From positions 7,588 to 71,587 of the forward strand of contig CALXQV010000040.1 in NCBI GenBank assembly GCA_944390535.1: a DNA stretch of 64,000 nucleotides. The letters run 5' to 3'. Below the pieces are notes generated by a model. The model had not been told where the DNA came from. It made no database searches and saw only the letters and a program-made list of their open reading frames with translations. Below are positions 41,330 to 51,746 of this stretch, in pieces (the first letter of the stretch is position 1; the number at the start of each line of letters is the position of its first letter). The DNA comes from an uncultured Clostridia bacterium (lineage in GTDB: Bacteria; Bacillota; Clostridia; TANB77; CAG-508). The position numbers and the translations under genes were made by a program.

Positions 41330-41453
41330 GATTGCAAAAGAATTAAATTTTGGTAACGAAAATTTTATTTGAACAGCAAGGGTGCATACGTTTGTATGTA
41401 ACTACGTTTCAAATGAAATTCGACACAGATAAAATTGTAATTATTTTTCAGTC
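41330..41453. promoter_or_regulatory. Long imperfect palindromic leader element, copy A (extended-loop version of the copy at 54501-54580)
   Basis: gattgcaaaagaattaaattttgg ... ccaaaattgtaattatttttcagtc. The arms are near-complementary and conserved with copy B. Confidence 0.4.
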
Positions 41454-41457
41454 AACC

Positions 41458-42444
41458 CTAAGCGAATTTTTCTTGTAACCAATCTCTTATAAATTTAATT
41501 CTTGCTAAACTTGTATATACTTTTAGTGTAAGCTTATTGACACTTTTCATATACAAATTTTTTAATCCTTTGCCTTTTATATAAGAATTTTTCTTCCAAT
41601 TAGGAAATTGTGTATGTAAGGATTTCCATGCCAAATCAATCGTTTCTTTTCTTTCTTTTTTATTTTCAATCATTACCATTCTAAGCATCGAACTACATAA
41701 GATATATCTTGCATAAATATATTCTATTTCTTCTCTATATTCATCAAACAAATGGTTTGCTTTGTAATATTCAATAACATGATTTAAAACATCGATGATT
41801 TCCTTTGTTCTAGTATTTTGTACATTTGAAATAGAATTTTCTCTTTGCACATAATGAATCAATGGCTTTTGAATAATTCCGTAATTGGCTATATGTGGTA
41901 ACAATTTATAGAAAAATTCCACATCTTCATATCGATATCCTTTTGGAAATTCCAAATGATTCTCTTGTATCATTTCTCTTCTAATTAGTTTGTTCCACGC
42001 AACGACTCTCGTATACATAAACATTTCTTTTTTATTATTATATTGTCTTCCTTTACTTTCTAAAGTCTTATCTGGATATTCCCATAAAAAATCACATTCT
42101 ACATAATCTAAGTCCTCTTCTTTTGCCTTTTTATACATTTCTTCATACATGTTTGGCTCAATATAATCATCTGAATCTAAAAAAGCAATATATTCACCCT
42201 TAGCATATGGAATCGCATAGTTTCTGGCATCTGATAACCCACCATTTTCTTTTTCTAAATAGATAATTTTATCTGGATAGTTTTCTACAAATTGTTTTGC
42301 AATCTTTTCTGAGCCATCTTTGCTACCATCATTAACTAGTAAGATTTCAATATCTTGTAATGTTTGATTTACTAAAGATTGTAAACATGTTTCTATATAG
42401 TTTTCTACATCATAAAATGGAACAATGATACTAACCTTTATCAT
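41458..42444 (-). CDS. GT2 glycosyltransferase
   Basis: VSIIVPFYDVENYI...LDSDD motifs. Confidence 0.7.
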   Translation of the reverse strand: MIKVSIIVPFYDVENYIETCLQSLVNQTLQDIEILLVNDGSKDGSEKIAKQFVENYPDKIIYLEKENGGLSDARNYAIPYAKGEYIAFLDSDDYIEPNMYEEMYKKAKEEDLDYVECDFLWEYPDKTLESKGRQYNNKKEMFMYTRVVAWNKLIRREMIQENHLEFPKGYRYEDVEFFYKLLPHIANYGIIQKPLIHYVQRENSISNVQNTRTKEIIDVLNHVIEYYKANHLFDEYREEIEYIYARYILCSSMLRMVMIENKKERKETIDLAWKSLHTQFPNWKKNSYIKGKGLKNLYMKSVNKLTLKVYTSLARIKFIRDWLQEKFA

Positions 42445-43415
42445 GATTTAACCTTTCTTCTTAAGTTTAAATACCATTTAATATTTAAACTTAAAATTAA
42501 TTTTCTTAAGCACTGCTTTATATTTTTAGCTTTAATATTTTTTGTCATTTTCCTTTTTCTGATTTCTTTTATATATTGTTTCTGATCTTTTTTATCTAAT
42601 GTTTCTACTTTTAATAAAATTGCATTTGTATAATAGATTCTCAAAATTTCTGCTGTTTTCTTATTTATTTTATATACATCTATTTTTCTTAAAGCTTCAT
42701 CATATTGTCTTAAAGCATCATATGCCTTTTTCCTTGTTTTTTCATCATTGTCATTTCGTGTGATACTACCTTCTACTTGTACATAGTGATATCCGTAAAA
42801 ATGAATAGAAATCATCGTTTTTGCAAGGACTATTACAAATGGCATCAATCCAAAATCTTCATGTTCTGTTCCTACTTTAAATTCTAATTTATTTTTTGTA
42901 AAGATTTCTTTTTTTATGACATATACACAAGGAGAATCTAGTAAAACATCTGTGGCATATAATTCTTCAAACCCCTCTTCTCCTGTTTTTTTCTCAAATA
43001 TAGGTCCATCTATGGTTTCAAGTAATGCTCCTTTTTTATCTTCTTTTTGTAGTTTGAATTTTATTAAATCAATCTGTTTTTCCATATATTGTTTTACCAA
43101 ACCATATAAATGGATATCTAAGTAGTCATCTGCATCTAAAAATAAGATATATCTTCCTTTCGCTTTTTTTATTCCATAATTTCTTGTATCTGCAACCCCT
43201 GTATTTTTCTTTTTATAATAAGCAATGGTTTTTGGATTTTTCTCTTTATATTCCTGTATTATTTTATCAGATGTATCTGCACTTCCGTCATTAATTAGTA
43301 CAATTTCTAAATCTTCGTCTTTTTGTTTTAAAACTGATTCTATGCATTTTTTTAATGTTTTTTCCGCATTATATACGGGAATAATGACACTTAATTTTTT
43401 CAATATTCTCTCCAT
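42441..43415 (-). CDS. GT2 glycosyltransferase
   Basis: LSVIIPVYNAEKTL...LDADD motifs. Confidence 0.7.
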   Translation of the reverse strand: MERILKKLSVIIPVYNAEKTLKKCIESVLKQKDEDLEIVLINDGSADTSDKIIQEYKEKNPKTIAYYKKKNTGVADTRNYGIKKAKGRYILFLDADDYLDIHLYGLVKQYMEKQIDLIKFKLQKEDKKGALLETIDGPIFEKKTGEEGFEELYATDVLLDSPCVYVIKKEIFTKNKLEFKVGTEHEDFGLMPFVIVLAKTMISIHFYGYHYVQVEGSITRNDNDEKTRKKAYDALRQYDEALRKIDVYKINKKTAEILRIYYTNAILLKVETLDKKDQKQYIKEIRKRKMTKNIKAKNIKQCLRKLILSLNIKWYLNLRRKVKS

Positions 43416-43464
43416 CTTTCTTTTTTATTATATTGTTTTTGTAATAACCTTTTTATTGTATCAT

Positions 43465-44559
43465 TCATATCATCGTTTCTAATGTTTTTAAAATATTGGC
43501 ATTATATTTTTCATAATCAAAATGGTTTGTTATGTGATATCCATTTTGTAAAAATTCTTTCATTGCACTATATATAGCTTGTGTATTTTTTTCTACGACA
43601 ATTCCTCTTCCCTCTTCAACTTGCTTATAATCTGATACTTTTGTTGTTATGATTGGTTTATCTAATATAAAACTTTCTAAATATACAACTGGATATCCCT
43701 CATATTCAGAAGATAAAATGATACAATCACTTATTGTAAAATAGGGATATGGGTTTTCTTTTCTTCCTAAGAAGAGGATGGTTTCCTCTAAATGATATTC
43801 TACTACTTTTTCTTGATAAACTTTTGTATCTGGTCCATCTCCTATAAATAAAACTTTAAATTGGTAATCTTCCTGTTTTAATTGTTTACAAGCTTCTATC
43901 ACTCTCGTTAATCTTTTTTGTCTTTCATCATGTCTTCCAACATTGAGAAAAATCGGTATATTTTTTTTAGATAGTTCTTGTACATCTTTTTCTATCATTG
44001 GTTCTTTTGATTTTTGTAGTATTCTTTCTCCATCAATCAGATTGTTACAAGTTATGACTTTATCTTTTAATTCTGGAAAAATCTTTATAAAACTGTTCGT
44101 GCCTTCTTTAGATACAAATACAATATGATGAAATTCTCCACAATGTACATTTTTAAAAAAAGCTTCTACTTCTTCTTTGTTTCCTTGATATAAAGTTAAA
44201 TAGTCTGCATGACACCATAAAGCTGAATTTTTTGAGGCAGTTCTTGCCATGAAACTACTTGCTAAAGAATATGTTGCAAAACTCGCTGAAAAGTCAAATT
44301 TATTTTTGTATTTTAATATAAATCTTACACGATTACCTATATTATGTAGTTTTCTTATGAAGATATTTTTATTGTTGCTTGTGTTATATTCTACAACCTG
44401 TATCTTTTTACTTAATCTATCTAAAAACACACCCTCTTTTTTTTCTAATGCTAGGGTTATGTCATATTCTTTTTCAGATAGGTGATTTACTAATGTTACA
44501 AGTGCTGTTTCTATTCCACCTAAGTCTAAATTATGTGCTGAAAATAAGATTTTTTTCAT
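43465..44559 (-). CDS. GT4 glycosyltransferase, first gene of the glycopolymer operon
   Basis: MKKILFSAHNLDLGGIETA start with an AAAGGGAGAAAA RBS (the ORF-track N-extension is unlikely to be translated); EGYPVVYLES C-terminal motif. Confidence 0.65.
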   Translation of the reverse strand: MKKILFSAHNLDLGGIETALVTLVNHLSEKEYDITLALEKKEGVFLDRLSKKIQVVEYNTSNNKNIFIRKLHNIGNRVRFILKYKNKFDFSASFATYSLASSFMARTASKNSALWCHADYLTLYQGNKEEVEAFFKNVHCGEFHHIVFVSKEGTNSFIKIFPELKDKVITCNNLIDGERILQKSKEPMIEKDVQELSKKNIPIFLNVGRHDERQKRLTRVIEACKQLKQEDYQFKVLFIGDGPDTKVYQEKVVEYHLEETILFLGRKENPYPYFTISDCIILSSEYEGYPVVYLESFILDKPIITTKVSDYKQVEEGRGIVVEKNTQAIYSAMKEFLQNGYHITNHFDYEKYNANILKTLETMI

Positions 44560-44661
44560 TAGATTTTCTCCCTTTTTAGACACTTTTTTCTTCATTATCT
44601 TATCATTATATTGTTTTTTTTGCAACCTTTACTGAGCATATAAAAAATTCTTAACAAGAAA

Positions 44662-44702
44662 AATAAGACATACAAAAACAAGGTTTTATATGTCTTATTT
44701 TA
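44662..44702 (-). terminator. Rho-independent terminator after the IMPDH-family gene
   Basis: aaataagacatacaaaaacaaggttttatatgtcttatttt. Confidence 0.5.
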
Positions 44703-44704
44703 TC

Positions 44705-46207
44705 TTATTTATATTGATTATCAATTTCTTTTAGAATAACATCGTGTGCACTACCTTCTGAAATACTAATTTCAGAAACCAAAGTTAATCTTGCTTTTTC
44801 ATGTAATTCTGGAATTGTAACACTTCCACAGTTACACATAGTTGATTTAATTTTTGCACAGGTAATGGCTAGATTGTCTTTTAACTTACCTGCATATGGG
44901 ATATAAGAATCTACACCTTCTTCAAATGAAAGTTTGGCATCTCCTCCCATATCATATCTTTGCCAGTTTCTTGCTCTATTAGAACCTTCTCCCCAATATT
45001 CTTTTACATAACCATTTCCTTTTTTAACAACTCTTGTTGGGCTTTCATCAAATCTAGCAAAATATCTTCCCATCATCACAAAGTCTGCTCCTAATGCTAA
45101 AGCAATTGTAATATGATGGTCATGAACAATTCCACCATCTATACATATAGGTATATATATTCCAGTTTCTTCAAAATATTTATCTCTTTCTTCAGCAACC
45201 TCTATTAAAGCTGACGCATTTCCTCTACCTATGCCTTTTGTTTCTCTTGTGATACATATAGAGCCTCCTCCAACTCCAATTTTTATAAAGTCAGCTCCTG
45301 CTTCTGCTAAATAACGGAACCCTTCCTTATCTACGATATTTCCTGCTCCAATTTTAACAGAATCTCCATATTTTGCTCTTACAAAATCTATTGTATTTTT
45401 TTGCCATACAGAATATCCATCTGAAGAATCCATACAAAGCAAATCCACTCCTGCATCGACTAATGCTGGTATTCTTTCTTCATGGTCTCTTGTATTAATA
45501 CCTGCACCTACAATATATCTTTTATTTTCATCTAGTAAAGAGTTTGGATTATTTTTTCTTTCTTCATAGTCTTTTCTAAATACTAAATATTTTAAATTTC
45601 CTTCTTCTGTTAAGATTGGTAAACATGCAATTTTATTTTCCCATATTAAGTCATTTGCTTCTGATAAAGAAATTCCTTCATGTGCCCATACTGCTTTTTC
45701 TTTTGGTGTCATAAAATTGTCAATTGGTGCATCCATATCATCTCTTGATATGCGATAATCTTTATCTGTTACTAATCCAATGAATTTTCCTTTTGCTGTT
45801 CCATCTTCTGTAATCATAACGGTTGAGTGTCCTGTCTTGATGACTAATTCAATTACTTCTTTTAAAGGTGTTCCAGATTTTACATTAGAGTCACTGATAA
45901 TAAATCCGGCTTTATGTTTTTTTACTTGTCTTACCATTTCCGCTTGTGATTCAATACTTTGTGAACCATAAATAAATGCAACTCCGCCTTCTCTTGCTAA
46001 ACCAATTCCCATATCTACACCTGATACGGATTGCATGATAGCAGATACCATTGGTATGTTTGCATAATATTTTGGTTCTTCTCCTTTTTTGTATTTTACA
46101 AGTGGTGTTTTTAGTGATACTTTACTTGGAATACATCTCTCATCTGTTAAGTTTGGTAATAATAAGAATTCATTAAATGTTCTTGATATGTCTTCTAAAA
46201 TCTTTGC
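44705..46207 (-). CDS. Divergent IMP dehydrogenase/GMP reductase-family protein (CBS-containing TIM barrel)
   Basis: [19 protein letters not shown] active-site-like loop; FNEFLLLPN start region. Two in-frame candidate starts, 20 codons apart, both have strong RBSs. Confidence 0.55.
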   Translation of the reverse strand, partial: AKILEDISRTFNEFLLLPNLTDERCIPSKVSLKTPLVKYKKGEEPKYYANIPMVSAIMQSVSGVDMGIGLAREGGVAFIYGSQSIESQAEMVRQVKKHKAGFIISDSNVKSGTPLKEVIELVIKTGHSTVMITEDGTAKGKFIGLVTDKDYRISRDDMDAPIDNFMTPKEKAVWAHEGISLSEANDLIWENKIACLPILTEEGNLKYLVFRKDYEERKNNPNSLLDENKRYIVGAGINTRDHEERIPALVDAGVDLLCMDSSDGYSVWQKNTIDFVRAKYGDSVKIGAGNIVDKEGFRYLAEAGADFIKIGVGGGSICITRETKGIGRGNASALIEVAEERDKYFEETGIYIPICIDGGIVHDHHITIALALGADFVMMGRYFARFDESPTRVVKKGNGYVKEYWGEGSNRARNWQRYDMGGDAKLSFEEGVDSYIPYAGKLKDNLAITCAKIKSTMCNCGSVTIPELHEKARLTLVSEISISEGSAHDVILKEIDNQYK

Positions 46208-46347
46208 CATATTTACTCCTCCATTTATTAAAATATTAAAATAACAGGGGAGATTAACTCCCCTCATTTTTGTCCTCCTGAAAAATTGATAGTACAAGTA
46301 TATCACATTTTTGCTACAATGTAAACCATTTTTTTAGCTAAATATTT

Positions 46348-48099
46348 CTATGTCATCATTAATTGTTCATAATAGGCATTATATAATTTATTATAATATC
46401 CATCTGGGATTTGTAATAACTCATGATGACTACCTTGTTCAAGGATTTCTCCTTTACTCAATACAATAATTTTATCAACATTCACAATTGTCGATAATCT
46501 ATGGGCAATAAAAATAGATGTTTTTTCTTTAGATAAGGTATCTACTGATTTTTGAATCAAAGCCTCTGTTTTGGTATCAATATTAGCAGTTGCTTCATCT
46601 AAAATAAAGATAGATGGATTATGTGCAAAAATCCTAGCAAATGCCAACAACTGTTTTTCACCTGCTGAATAGGAATTTCCTCTTTCACTTGCCATTTCTT
46701 CTAATCCATTTGGTAATGAATTTACAAATTCATCTGCTGAAGATAATTGAATAATTTTCTGTATATATTCTTCTGACAAATTATCATTTAATTCAATATT
46801 TTCTCTGATGGTTTTTGCAAAAATAAATGGGTCTTGTAAAACAATACCAACTTGTTTTCTCAAATATCTTAAATTAATATCTCGAATATTGACACCATCT
46901 AATAAGATTTCTCCTTTTTGAATTTCATAAAATCTATTGATTAAATTAATAATGGTGGTTTTTCCTGAACCTGTTTTCCCTACTAGTGCAATACTTTGTC
47001 CTGGTTCAATTGTAAAACTAACATCTTTTAAAACCCAATCCTCATCTTTATAAGCAAACCACACATGTTTAAACTCAATTTTCCCTTTTATTTTTCCCAT
47101 ATCTTTTCCAGTTTCAAAATCTTCAAGATATTCTTTATGGTCTAAAATGTCATAAATTTTATTAATTGATACAACTGCTTCTTGTATGGTTTCAAAGTTT
47201 TCTACTATACGATTAATTGGTTCAAATATTTGTTTTAAATATGTAATAAATACATAAATAACGCCAACCTCTAAATTAATATGAAATACATGTTGGACAC
47301 AAGCCCAAACAATGACTGCTACACCAATATTTTCAAAAGCTGTCATCATTCCAATTAAAAATCCTTCTGTAAAAGAAGTTGGTATTCTTGACTTGTAAAA
47401 TTCCTGGCATAATTCTTTACATTCTTTTTCTTTTTCAAATTGTCTATTGAATATTTTGATAATTTTTACACCATAAATCGATTCTGCTAAAAATATATTT
47501 AGTTTTGTTTTTACATTTTTAGAATATTCTCTTACTTTATTACTAATTCTTGTTATGATAACAGAAGTCAAAATAACAAATGGGATAATGGTAAAACATA
47601 ATAATGCTAATTTATAATCAATAGAAACCATAATAACAATTAAAGCAATAATCATCACAACATCTTTTACAAAAGTGGTAACAACATCTTTAAACATTGT
47701 CGTAATATCCTCTACATCATTTGTTATTCTTACAAAAAGTGTTCCTGCTGGTGTTTTGTCATGAAATTTCATATTGGCATATTGTGCGTATTTGTATAAT
47801 TTATTTCTAATAGAATAGACCACATTTTCTCCTGTCATACTGGTTGCTGTTGTCACAACAAAGTCTAGAATATTTCCTATTAAAACAAGTGCTATATAAA
47901 TACTTCCAATCATTCCAATTGTCATAATTCCTTTTTGCCATAATCCAGCACTTAAATAGTCATCTATTACAATTTTTATTAAATATGGTCTTATTACTTC
48001 ACATACACTAATTAGAATAGCTAAGATTGATATAATCATAATTGCTTTCTTTTGTGGCTTTAATAATTTATACATTCTATGTAAGGTTTGATTTTTCAT
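46348..48099 (-). CDS. ABC exporter, fused permease and ATPase (MDR/heterodimer type)
   Basis: 6 TM segments; GKTGSGKTT Walker A; SAGEKQLLAFAR signature. Confidence 0.8.
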   Translation of the reverse strand: MKNQTLHRMYKLLKPQKKAIMIISILAILISVCEVIRPYLIKIVIDDYLSAGLWQKGIMTIGMIGSIYIALVLIGNILDFVVTTATSMTGENVVYSIRNKLYKYAQYANMKFHDKTPAGTLFVRITNDVEDITTMFKDVVTTFVKDVVMIIALIVIMVSIDYKLALLCFTIIPFVILTSVIITRISNKVREYSKNVKTKLNIFLAESIYGVKIIKIFNRQFEKEKECKELCQEFYKSRIPTSFTEGFLIGMMTAFENIGVAVIVWACVQHVFHINLEVGVIYVFITYLKQIFEPINRIVENFETIQEAVVSINKIYDILDHKEYLEDFETGKDMGKIKGKIEFKHVWFAYKDEDWVLKDVSFTIEPGQSIALVGKTGSGKTTIINLINRFYEIQKGEILLDGVNIRDINLRYLRKQVGIVLQDPFIFAKTIRENIELNDNLSEEYIQKIIQLSSADEFVNSLPNGLEEMASERGNSYSAGEKQLLAFARIFAHNPSIFILDEATANIDTKTEALIQKSVDTLSKEKTSIFIAHRLSTIVNVDKIIVLSKGEILEQGSHHELLQIPDGYYNKLYNAYYEQLMMT

Positions 48100-48231
48100 T
48101 CCTTCTCATATATAACACAACTGGTTATATATTCTCCTTTCTTTCGTTTTCCTTTTACATTTGTAATTTGGGTCAAAATCGATGAATCAACGATTTTACT
48201 TTAAACTTACAAATCAAAATTCTAATACTAT

Positions 48232-49977
48232 TTATGCTAACATACCTTCTCCTGCTTTTGTCGATTGTTGCTCGTAAAATTCATTATATAATCCCTGTTT
48301 TTGAAGCAATTGTTCATGATTTCCTTTTTCAACAATTTCTCCGTTATTTAAAACGATAATTTGGTTACTGTCTTTTACATCTGATACTTTATTTGAAATA
48401 ATAATACAAGTTTTTTCTCCTGAAAATTGCTTTATATTCTCTAATAAAGTTTGAGAAGTTCTATTATCTAACGCCGAAAAAGTATCATCAAAAATTAAAA
48501 TACGACTATTTTTTAAAAATGCTCTAGAAATTGCAACTCTTTGTCTTTGTCCCCCTGACAAATCAGAACCTCTTTCTCCTATTTTTGTTTCAATCCCTTT
48601 TGGCATTTTAGATATTTCATCATAGATAACTGCTTTTTTCGTACTATCTTTGATTTCTTCTACTCTATATTCCTCTTTAAATAAACTGATATTATCTTTC
48701 AAAGTGGAAGAAAATAGAAAGTTATCTTGTGTAATATAACAAATATTTTCTCTTAACACTTCTATTGGTATGTCATTAATATCTTTACCATCTATTTCGA
48801 TTTTTCCTCTAGAAATACTATATAATCTTGTTAATAAATTCATTAAGGTAGTTTTTCCACTACCAATTGTTCCAATAATCCCTAATGTTTCGCCTTTTTT
48901 TATTTCAATATTAATATTTTCTAAAGCATTTTCCATTACTTTAGGATAATGAAATGTTAGATTTTTAATCATAATATTGCCTTCTAATTTGTTTTCTATA
49001 TCTTTTTCTTTTACATTGATTTTTTCTGTGTCTAGTTCAAATACCTTATTTAATCTTCTATAAGATATTTGCGCTCTTTTGATTCTTGCTATTAAAGAAG
49101 GCATCCAGCTGACAGGTCCTACGAAAAGCCCTATATACCCATTAAATGTAACCAGTTCTCCTACTGTAATCTGTCCATCTACTACTAATTTTCCTCCAAA
49201 CAATAGGGCAATGGAATAGCAAAGTCCAAAACATATATTGATGGTTGTTGTTAATAGATTTGAATAAATATCTACTGTATTATCACTTTGTTTTACTTTT
49301 CGATTTTTCTTAATAAAGGTTTCTAGTTGTGCTTTTTCACAAGCATATGCTTTTGTTGTTCGAATACTGTCTGTACTTTCTTGTATATATTCAGAAAGTT
49401 CTGTAAATCTGTCTTGTGCTTTTGCAAAACTCTTTTCTACTTGGTTTTTCAATTTTACTACAAGAAAAGATGCAATAATAATAGGAATCATCGTTGCAAT
49501 TGTTAAATAGATATTGACTCCTATAGCCATCTGACAAATGGCTATGATAAATGTATAAACAATTCTTGCTCCATGGGAGATAATTCGATATATAGCACTT
49601 CTTATTTCATTCGTATCTTTTACAAAATACGACATAATTTCTCCGTTTTTTATATTTTGAATATCTTTTAATTTTAATTTTAAAAATCTTTCAAATAATT
49701 TTTCTTTTATATCTCTTTCAAATCCTCTTGAAATAACCGTTTCTGTATATTTCCAAATAATTCTGACAGATAGCAAAACAACACATATTCCCAAAAGGAA
49801 ATATATGTTATTGATAATATTTTGCTTATTTGCTTCTATATCATATAGCATATCTACAATATCGCCTATAATCTTGGCTGGAATTGTCAATAGATATATG
49901 TTTAATCCTATAAATATAAAATGGATTAAAGAACTAAATTTGTATTTTTTTAGTGAATCTATGATTACTTTTTTCAT
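48232..49977 (-). CDS. ABC exporter, fused permease and ATPase; partner of the previous gene
   Basis: GTIGSGKTTL Walker A; LSGGQRQRVAISRA signature. Confidence 0.8.
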   Translation of the reverse strand: MKKVIIDSLKKYKFSSLIHFIFIGLNIYLLTIPAKIIGDIVDMLYDIEANKQNIINNIYFLLGICVVLLSVRIIWKYTETVISRGFERDIKEKLFERFLKLKLKDIQNIKNGEIMSYFVKDTNEIRSAIYRIISHGARIVYTFIIAICQMAIGVNIYLTIATMIPIIIASFLVVKLKNQVEKSFAKAQDRFTELSEYIQESTDSIRTTKAYACEKAQLETFIKKNRKVKQSDNTVDIYSNLLTTTINICFGLCYSIALLFGGKLVVDGQITVGELVTFNGYIGLFVGPVSWMPSLIARIKRAQISYRRLNKVFELDTEKINVKEKDIENKLEGNIMIKNLTFHYPKVMENALENINIEIKKGETLGIIGTIGSGKTTLMNLLTRLYSISRGKIEIDGKDINDIPIEVLRENICYITQDNFLFSSTLKDNISLFKEEYRVEEIKDSTKKAVIYDEISKMPKGIETKIGERGSDLSGGQRQRVAISRAFLKNSRILIFDDTFSALDNRTSQTLLENIKQFSGEKTCIIISNKVSDVKDSNQIIVLNNGEIVEKGNHEQLLQKQGLYNEFYEQQSTKAGEGMLA

Positions 49978-50075
49978 AATTAAAACTCATCCTCTGTATA
50001 TTTTCTCTTTTATTCTTTCTGTATTTGAAACCTTTCTTTTCAAACCATTTTATTTTCTAAGTTTCATAATGATAT

Positions 50076-50228
50076 CTATATATTTTTATTTTCTATAAAA
50101 TTATATAAAGTATCCTCATTAAACCCTATATTTTGATTATGTTCTAACTGATTTTGTTGCATTTGCATATTTAAGTTCATAAGCTCCGCTTGGTCTTTAA
50201 AATTAAAATCATCAAACTCAAACTTCAT
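50076..50228 (-). CDS. Possible unannotated 50-aa Q/N-rich acidic peptide (MKFEFDDFNFKDQAELMNLNMQMQQNQLEHNQNIGFNEDTLYNFIENKNI)
   Basis: ATG with an AGGGAAAA RBS in the 330-nt gap between ackA and the ABC exporter genes. It is below the ORF-track size cutoff. Confidence 0.2.
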   Translation of the reverse strand: MKFEFDDFNFKDQAELMNLNMQMQQNQLEHNQNIGFNEDTLYNFIENKNI

Positions 50229-50306
50229 TTTTCCCTACTTTCTACAATATTTTGCAATATTGCTCCTAAATTTTATTTACCCTTCATGATTATATCTTAT
50301 TCCCTA

Positions 50307-51497
50307 TTATTTTACAAGTCTTTTTGTCTCTTTTGCAATCATTAGTTCTTCATTTGTTGGAATGACATAAACTTTTACTTTTGAATCAGATGTTGAAATA
50401 ACTTTTTCTTCTCCTCTCATGTTATTTTCATCTAAATCTAGTTTCACTCCCATAAATTCTAGTTTTTCACAAATACCTTTTCTAATATTGATTTGATTTT
50501 CTCCAATACCACCAGTAAAGATAATATAGTCAATTCCTTTCATAGCTACGGCATATTTTGCTATAAAGCTTGCTATTGAATAATTGAACTGCTCGATGGC
50601 AATTTTTGCTCTTTCTGTTCCCTTATTTGATTCGTCTTCTATAACCCTAAAATCTGGTGCCATTCCTGATATACTTGCTAAACCTGATTTTTTGTTTAAA
50701 ATATCTTCCATTTCTTGTGCAGTTAAATTTTCCTTTTTCATGACAAATGTAACAACTGATGGGTCCAAATCTCCACTTCTTGTTACCATAGGTAATCCTG
50801 CAAGTGGTGTTAAGCCCATACTTGTATCCATTGATTTACCATTCTTTACAGCACATATACTAGCACCTTGCCCTAAATGACAGGTAACAATTTTCGTCCC
50901 TTCAAGAGACGTATTTTCTATTTCACCAAGTCTTTGAGATACATACATATGAGAAGTTCCGTGGAATCCATATTTTCTAACACCATATTTTTCATAATAT
51001 TCATAAGGAATTGGATAGATAAATTTGTCTTTTGGAATTGATGAATGGAATGCTGTATCAAATACACCTACCATTGGTTTATTTGGCATAACCTCTCTAC
51101 ATGCTTCAATTCCTAACATACATGCTGGATTATGTAATGGTGCTAAATCTGTACATTCTTCTATTGTCTTAATAACTTCATCTGTTATCACAACAGATTC
51201 TGTTATTTTCTCTCCCCCATGAACAATTCTATGCCCTACTGCACTAATTTCATCTAGAGAATCAATTACTTTATATTCTGGATTTGTAAATTGTTCCAAG
51301 GTAAATTCAATTGCTTCTTTATGATTATATGCTGGCTTCTTTATTTCAGTTTTTTGTCCATTTACTTTATGTGTAATAAATGCTTCTTCTTCTCCTATTC
51401 TTTCATATTTTCCAGAAGCTAATACTTCTTCTGTTTCCATATTAATTAATTGATACTTTAGTGATGAACTACCACAATTTAAAACTAAAACTTTCAT
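50307..51497 (-). CDS. ackA: Acetate kinase
   Basis: MKVLVLNCGSSSLKYQ N-terminus; VIPTNEELMIAKET C-terminus. Confidence 0.85.
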   Translation of the reverse strand: MKVLVLNCGSSSLKYQLINMETEEVLASGKYERIGEEEAFITHKVNGQKTEIKKPAYNHKEAIEFTLEQFTNPEYKVIDSLDEISAVGHRIVHGGEKITESVVITDEVIKTIEECTDLAPLHNPACMLGIEACREVMPNKPMVGVFDTAFHSSIPKDKFIYPIPYEYYEKYGVRKYGFHGTSHMYVSQRLGEIENTSLEGTKIVTCHLGQGASICAVKNGKSMDTSMGLTPLAGLPMVTRSGDLDPSVVTFVMKKENLTAQEMEDILNKKSGLASISGMAPDFRVIEDESNKGTERAKIAIEQFNYSIASFIAKYAVAMKGIDYIIFTGGIGENQINIRKGICEKLEFMGVKLDLDENNMRGEEKVISTSDSKVKVYVIPTNEELMIAKETKRLVK

Positions 51498-51510
51498 TTT
51501 TTCCTCCTTT

Positions 51511-51746
51511 TAGGGACATGCCAAAATGGACAAAAAATGTCCAAAAGGGACAGGCTAAATCGTTCTATCATTCATACAATTTTTCTGTCTGATGACAATT
51601 CCCTATTATATTAAATTTTTATTATAACTATACATATTATTAAGTTTTTAATCTTATGATTGCATATAATTAAGATAATTTTTTATTCTTAAACTTTGTA
51701 AGTATGTCCCTTTTGGACATTTTTTGTCCATTTTGGCATGTCCCTA
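51511..51746. mobile_element. MITE-like element, 236 bp: perfect 42-bp terminal inverted repeats (51511-51552 and 51705-51746) around a 152-bp AT-rich noncoding core
   Basis: tagggacatgccaaaatggacaaaaaatgtccaaaagggaca and its exact reverse complement. Each TIR is built from TGTCC/GGACA submotifs. The element contains no ORF. Confidence 0.55.

Noticed and set aside
51511-51746. Interpreting the 42-nt arms as integron attC-like recombination sites
   Set aside because: The ends (TCCCTAAC / GTTAGGGA) only loosely resemble the RYYYAAC / GTTRRRY cores. There is no integrase and no extrahelical-base architecture.
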